A stretch of DNA of 64,000 nucleotides from Eledone cirrhosa (lineage: Eukaryota), in the NCBI GenBank assembly GCA_964016885.1, contig OZ024762.1, positions 22,692,001 to 22,756,000 of the forward strand, in the 5' to 3' direction. The position numbers and the translations under genes are program-made. Position 1 is the first letter of the stretch, and each line of letters begins with the position of its first letter. Positions 57,771 through 64,000 of this stretch are shown in pieces. The notes beneath the pieces are model-generated. The model searched no databases. It was not told where the DNA came from and saw only the letters and a program-made list of their open reading frames with translations.

Positions 57771-60490
57771 ATGATGGTAGTGGCTGAGGTGGTAGTTGTA
57801 GAGGTGGTGGTAGTTGTGGTAGTGGTAGTGGTGGTGGTGGTAGTGACGGTGGTGGTAGTGTTGGTGGTGGTAGTGGTGGTGGTGGTTGTAGTTGTAGAGG
57901 TGCTGGTAGAGGTGGTGGTAGTTGTAGAGGTGCTGGTAGTGGTGGTGGTAGTTGTAGAGGTGCTGGTAGTGGTGGTGGTAGTTGTAGCGGTGCTGGTAGT
58001 GGTGGTGGTAGTTGTAGAGGTGCTGGTAGTGGTGGTGGTAGTTGTAGAGGTGCTGGTAGTGGTGGTGGTAGTTGTAGCGGTGGTGGTGGTGGTGGTGGTG
58101 GTGGTAGAGAGGGTGGTGATGGTGGTGGTGGTGGTAGTGGTTTTAGAGGTGCTGGTAGTGGTTGTAGAGGTGCTGGTAGTGGTGGTGGTAGTTGTAGAGG
58201 TGCTGGTAGTGGTGGTGGTAGTTGTAGAGGTGCTGGTATTGGTGGTGGTAGTTGTAGAGGTGCTGGTAGTGGTGGTGGTAGTTGTAGCGGTGGTGGTGGT
58301 AGAGAGGGTGGTGATGGTGGTGGTGGTGGTAGTGGTTGTAGTTGTAGAGGTGCTGGTAGTGGTGGTGGTAGTTGTAGAGGTGCTGGTAGTGGTGGTGGTA
58401 GTTGTAGAGGTGCTGGTAGTGGTGGTGGTAGTTGTAGCGGTGCTGGTAGTGGTGGTGGTAGTTGTAGAGGTGCTGGTAGTGGTGGTGGTAGTTGTAGCGG
58501 TGATGGTTGTAGTGTTGGTGGTGGTGATGGTTGCGGTGTTGGTGGTGGTGATGGTTGTGGTGTTGGTTGTGGTGATGGTTGCGGTGTTGGTTGTGGTGAT
58601 GGTTGCGGTGTTGTTGGTGGTGATGGTTGTGGTGTTGGTGGTGGTGATGGTTGTAGTGTTGGTGCTGGTGTTGGTTGTGGTGTTGGTGGTGGTGATGTTT
58701 GTAGTGTTGGTGGTGGTGATGGTTGTGGTGTTGGTGATGGTTGTGGTGATGGTTGTGGTGGTGGTGGTGGTGGTGTTGGTTGTGGTGTTGGTGGTGGTGA
58801 TGGTTGTGGTGTTGGTGATGGTTGTGGTGATGGTTGTAGTGTTGGTGGTGGTGTTGGTTGTGGTGTTGGTGGTGGTGATGGTTGTGGTGTTGGTAGTGGT
58901 GGTTGTGATGGTTGTAGTGTTGGTGGTGGTGATGGTTGTGGTGTTGGTGGTGGTGATGGTTGTGGTTGTTGGTGGTGGTGATGGTTGTGGTTGTTGGTGG
59001 TGGTGATGGTTGTGGTGTTGGTGGTTGTGATGGTTGTGGTGTTGGTGGTGGTGATGGATGTGTTGTTGATGCTGGTGATGGTTGTAGTGTTGGTTTTGGT
59101 GTTGGTAGTGGTGATGGTTGCGGTGTGTTGTTGGTGGTGATGGTTATGGTTTGGTGGTGGTGATGGTCATGGTGTTGGTGGTGGTGATGGTTATGGTGTT
59201 GGGGATGGTTGTGGTGTTGGTGGTGGGGATGGTTGTGGTGTTGGGCGTGGTGATGGTTGTGGTGTTGGTGGTGATGATGGTTGTGGTGTTGGTTGCGGTG
59301 ATGGTTGCGGTGTTGTTGGTGGTGATGGTTGTGGTGTTGGTGGTGATGGTGGTGGTGATGGTTGTGGTGTTGGTGGTGGGGATGGTTGTGGTGTTGGTGT
59401 TGGGGATGGTTGTGGTGTTGGTGGTGGGGATGGTTGTGGCGTTGGTGATGGTTGTGGTGTTGGTGGTGGTGATGGTTGTGGTGTTGATGCTGGTGATGGT
59501 TGTGGTGTTGGTGGTGGTGTTGGTGGTGGTGTTGGTGGTGGTGATTGTTGTGGTGATGGTTGTGCTGATGGTTGTGGCGTTGGTGGTGGTGATGGTTGTG
59601 GTGTTGGTGATGTTTGTGCTGTTGGTGGTGGTGATGGTGGTGGTGTTGATGATGGTGATGGTTGTGGTGTTGGTGGTGGTGGTGTTGGTGTTGGTGGTGG
59701 TGTTGGTGGGGGTGGTGTTTGTGGTGGTGTTGGTGGTGGTGTTGGTGGTGGTGTTGGTTGTGGTGTTGGTGGTGGTGATGGTTGTGGTGTTGGTTGTGGT
59801 GTTGGTGGTGGTGATGGTCGTGGTGTTTGTTGTGGGGTTGGTGATGGTTGTGGTGGTGGTGATTGTTGTGGTGTTGGTGGTGGTGATGGTTGTGGTGTTG
59901 GTGGTGGTGGTTGTGATGGTTGTAGTGTTGGTGGTGGTGATGGTTGTGGTGTTGGTGGTGGTGATGGTTGTGGTTGTTGGTGGTGGTGATGGTTGTGGTT
60001 GTTGGTGGTGGTGATGGTTGTGGTGCTGGTGGTGGTGATGGTTGTGGTGTTGTTGGTGGTGATGGTTATGGTGTTGGTGATGGTTGTGGTGTTGGTGGTG
60101 GTGATGGTTGTCGTGTTGATGGTGGTGATGGCTGTGGTGTTGGTGGTGGTGTTGTTGTTGGTTGTGGTGTTGGTGGTGGTGATGGTTGTTGTGATGGTTG
60201 TGGTGATTATGGTTGTGGTGTTGATGGTGGTGATGGTTGTGGTGTTGGTGGTGGTGATGGTTGTGGTGTTGGTGATGGTTGTGGTGTTGGTAGTAGTGGT
60301 GATGGTTGTGGTGTTGGTGCTGGTGATGGTTGTGGTGGTGTTGGTGGTGGTGGTGTTAGTGGTGGTGGTGATGGTGGTGCTAGTAGTGGTGGTGCTGGTG
60401 GTGGTAGTAGTGGTGTTGCTGGTGGTGGAAGTAGCAGTGGTGCCGGTGGTGCTAGTAGTGGTGGTTGTTGTAGAGATGGTATTAGTAGTT
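57771..60490. repeat. (GGT)-rich field with 30-bp GTAGAGGTGCTGGTAGTGGTGGTGGTAGTT and ~24-bp units
   Basis: Direct inspection. Source of the poly-V/G pseudo-ORFs. Confidence 0.9.
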
Positions 60491-60847
60491 TTTTTGTGAT
60501 ATTAGCAACATTTTGCTGTCGAGAAACGACGTTTATATCGACTCAAGTACTTGACTGAGAATGATATGGCTGTGGATTACTCGGCCACACTCTCACACAC
60601 TCAGCGATAGAACGAGAGAATGCTCATCGTTGAGTCAACCGCAAAACCATTCCAGGTCCAAGCCTTTCACGTAATGAATATATATTTGTCGCTAATAAAA
60701 CCTTCATAATAATTAAACTATCTAAATTTACACCAATTCATTGACTATTAATACAGGTAATAAAATTAATACAGGTAATAAAATTAAATAAATTTGAAGA
60801 AGTTATGACGTTTATAACCTCTCTTGTATTCATTAATTAAGAGTTGT

Positions 60848-61367
60848 TGATTGGTAATAGAATCAGTGGAGTGTCGAACAACATGCTTTGCAGCGTATAG
60901 TTACGTCCCTTTACGTTCTGAGTTCAAATCCTGTCGAGGTTAATTTTGCCTTTAATAATTACGGGAATCGATAAAATAAAGTACCATTAACGCACTGCGG
61001 TTAATTTATTCTATTTCACCCCAGCCCCCCTCAAATTGTTGACCTTGTGCCTGAATTGGAAATTATTAAGGACCATGTATTGGCAGCAGGTTCGGTAGAG
61101 CATCGGGCAACATGCTTTGCGGCGTTTAGTTACGTCCCTTTATGTTCTGATTTCAAATGTTAGATTTGCCTTTCATTCTTACCGGATTTGATCAAATAAA
61201 GTAGCAGTAATGCACTGGGGTCGATTTAGTCGACTCCCACCTACCCAAAACTGATGACCTTGTGCCAGAATTGGAAATCATTAATTAAGGGCCGTGGATT
61301 GGTAATATCGGTAGAGCGTCGGTAAACATGCTTTGTGGCATATAGTTACATCCCTCTACATTCTGAG
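60848..61367 (+). mobile_element. Three tandem tRNA-SINE copies, the third interrupted by the RTE fragment
   Basis: Heads at ~60848, 61078 and 61292, with cores in the first two. Confidence 0.8.
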
Positions 61368-63101
61368 AGGGTCGTGGGGAAAGAGTCCTCAAACACTTCA
61401 TCCAGCGAGTCCTGTCAGAAGCAACCGTCTCTACTTGATCCGGCTGGATCTCCAAACGTGACCTGCCAAGCTCATGGATGTTATCCAACAACTTTGCTTC
61501 GTATCTAGCCTTGGCTCTCTTGCCGGCTGGTTTTGCCCGTAAAATCAGTCCACTGATACTTTCCTGAGACTCCCAGATCTTCGAGCTACAAATCTGCACA
61601 GTGATTCTTTCCTGAGACATTCTAACATCATTCCCATAGTATCGGAGCTGTGATCTCTTAATTTGGAAACGGAGCGGCTCTACCTAGAGTGTTTCTCTGA
61701 TGTCTGAGCTACAAATTTGTCCAGTGATTCTTTCCTGAGACATTCTAACATCATTCCCATAGTATCGGAGCTGTGATCTCTTAATTTGGAAACGGAGCGG
61801 CTCTACCTGGAGTGTTTCTCTGATGTCTGAGCTACAAATTTGTCCAGTGATTCTTGCCTGAAACATTCTAACCCCACACCCATAGTATCTGGGCTGTGAT
61901 CTCTCAATTCGGAAAGGTAGCGGCTCTACTTGGAGTGACTCTCTGATCTCAGAGCTACAAATTTGTCCAGTGATTCTTGCCTGAAACATTCTAACCCCAC
62001 ACCCATAGTATCTGGGCTGTGATCTCTCAATTCGGAAAGGTAGCGGCTCTACCTGGAGTGACTCTCTGATCTCAGAGCTACAAATTTGTCCAGTGATTCT
62101 TGCCTGAAACATTCTAACCACACACCCATAGTATCTGGGCTGTGATCTCTCAATTCGGAAAGGTAGCGGCTTTACCTGGAGTGACTCTCTGATCTCAGAG
62201 CTACAAATATGTCCAGTGATTCTTTCCTGAGACATTCTAACCCCACACCCATAGTATCTGGGCTGTGATCTCTCAATTCGGAAAGGTAGCGGCTCTACCT
62301 GGAGTGACTCTCTGATCTCAGAGCTACAAATATGTCCAGTGATTCTTTCCTGAGACATTCTAACCCCACACCCATAGTATCTGGGCTGTGATCTCTCAAT
62401 TCGGAAAGGTAGCGGCTCTACCTGGAGTGACTCTCTGATCTCAGAGCTACAAATATGTCCAGTGATTCTTTCCTGAGACATTCTAACCCCACACCCATAG
62501 TATCTGGGCTGTGATCTCTCAATTCGGAAAGGTAGCGGCTCTACCTGGAGTGACTCTCTGATCTCAGAGCTACAAATATGTCCAGTGATTCTTTCCTGAG
62601 ACATTCTAACCCCACACCCATAGTATCTGGGCTGTGATCTCTCAATTCAGAAAGGTAGCGGCTTTACCTGGAGTGACTCTCTGATCTCAGAGCTACAAAT
62701 ATGTCCAGTGATTCTTTCCTGAGACATTCTAACCCCACACCCATAGTATCTGGGCTGTGATCTCTTAATTTGGAAACGGAGCGGCTCTACCTAGAATGTT
62801 TCTCTGATGTCTGAGCTACAAATTTGTCCAGTGATTCTTGCCTGAGACATTCTAACCCCACACCCATAGTATCTGGGCTGTGATCTCTCAATTCGGAAAG
62901 GTAGCGGCTCTACTTGGAGTGACTCTCTGATCTCAGAGCTACAAATATGTCCAGTGATTCTTTTCTGAGACATTCTAACCCCACACCCATAGTATCTGGG
63001 CTGTGATCTCTCAATTCGGAAAGGTAGCGGCTCTACTTGGAGTGACTCTCTGATCTCAGAGCTACAAATATGTCCAGTGATTCTTTCCTGAGACATTCTA
63101 A
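61365..63101 (-). mobile_element. RTE-clade LINE 3' fragment containing a 123-bp (41-codon) tandem array, ~12.5 copies
   Basis: The unit translates IRESLQVEPLPFRIERSQPRYYGCGVRMSQERIT (RTE motif IE..QLRW.GHV.RM..ER), followed by AKPAGKR..LDNIHELGRSRL..DRTRW..LSPRPS. CCTGA(G/A)A recurs from 61611 to 63087 at period 123. Confidence 0.85.
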
Positions 63102-63154
63102 TCGCAATCCAAGCTAATGTTTGAAGGAAATGAGCGGCATTGAGTAAATAGATA

Positions 63155-63617
63155 CTATGACATGTGGTTAGAATGTCTCAGGAAAGAATCACTGGATAGA
63201 TTTGTAGCTCGGAGTTTAGAGAGTCACTCCAGGTAGAGTCACTACTTCTCTGAATTAAGAGATCACATCTCCGAAACTATGGGTATGTGGTTAGAATGTC
63301 TTAGGTACGAATCGCTGGATAGATTTGTAGTTAGGAGATCAAATAATCCCTCCAGGTAGAGCTGCTACTTATCCGAATTGAGAGATCACAGCTCCGGTGC
63401 TATGGGCATGTGATTAGAATGTCTCAGGAAAAAAGTCACAGGATAGATTTGTAGCATGGATATCAGAGATTCATTCCAGGTAGAGCTGCTACTTTGTTAC
63501 TTCTCCGAATTGAGAGATCACAGCTCCAATACTATGGACATGTGGTTAGAATGTCTCAGGAAAGAATATCTGGATTGAGAGATCACAGCTTCGATACCAT
63601 TGGCATGTGTTTAGAAT
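63155..63617 (+). repeat. Diverged inverted copies (~3.7) of the 123-bp RTE-derived unit
   Basis: GTTAGAATGTCTCAGGAAAGAATC repeats. Translates LLRIERSQLQYYGHVVRMSQERI. Confidence 0.85.
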
Positions 63618-64000
63618 ATTTAGAAAATAATCTAGCAATTGCAACTCCAGTGAGAGTGAATCTAGTATCAAATGATTACTAAGCTAACTCTGTAAGCACT
63701 GGACCATGAAGCCCACAAAAGCAGCACTCAATATACGCAATGACCATCATTTCCTTTAAAATGTAGTTTTGAATTTCGGCCAGGAAATATATGTTTAGGA
63801 CATAAGCCTATAAATTGATAAGAAAACGTTTAGTAAATTATTGAAATATTAAATTGTTGTGGTGTGTAAGGTAATTCTTTTGATCTTCCATTTGCTGATA
63901 CCACCATGAAATACGCAATTTGAAAATTCTCAGTAACAGCTATCGATTAAAGATTAAACAAAGTTTTGATCTCCTAGAGAGAGAGAGAGAGAAAGAGAGA

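Overview
Eukaryotic, very AT-rich intronic/intergenic DNA, most likely octopus (inferred from the recurring tRNA-head SINE with GCCTTTCATCCTTACGGGGTCGATAAAATAAAGTACCAG and the very long (TA)n/(CA)n/(GAT)n tracts). No intact host gene is evident and almost all ORF-track entries are microsatellite translations. Real content: SINEs, fragments of Penelope-like (GIY-YIG), CRE, RTE and CR1 retrotransposons, a deleted pogo/Tigger element and several satellites, two built from retrotransposon coding DNA. The main signal is that most short islands of unique-looking sequence between (TA)n tracts are small elements carrying type I hammerhead ribozyme (HHR) motifs. I count about 25 by eye, from more than 10 sequence families. 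They share a layout: inverted tail-less copy, HHR, 3' tail, (TA)n. Their tails share a motif T(T/C/A)GAGT(A/G/T)CT about 40-70 nt before the (TA)n junction. One 79-nt tail is shared by two unrelated HHR bodies and one family forms a 467-bp retrozyme-like tandem. All structures were folded by eye and no database searches were run.
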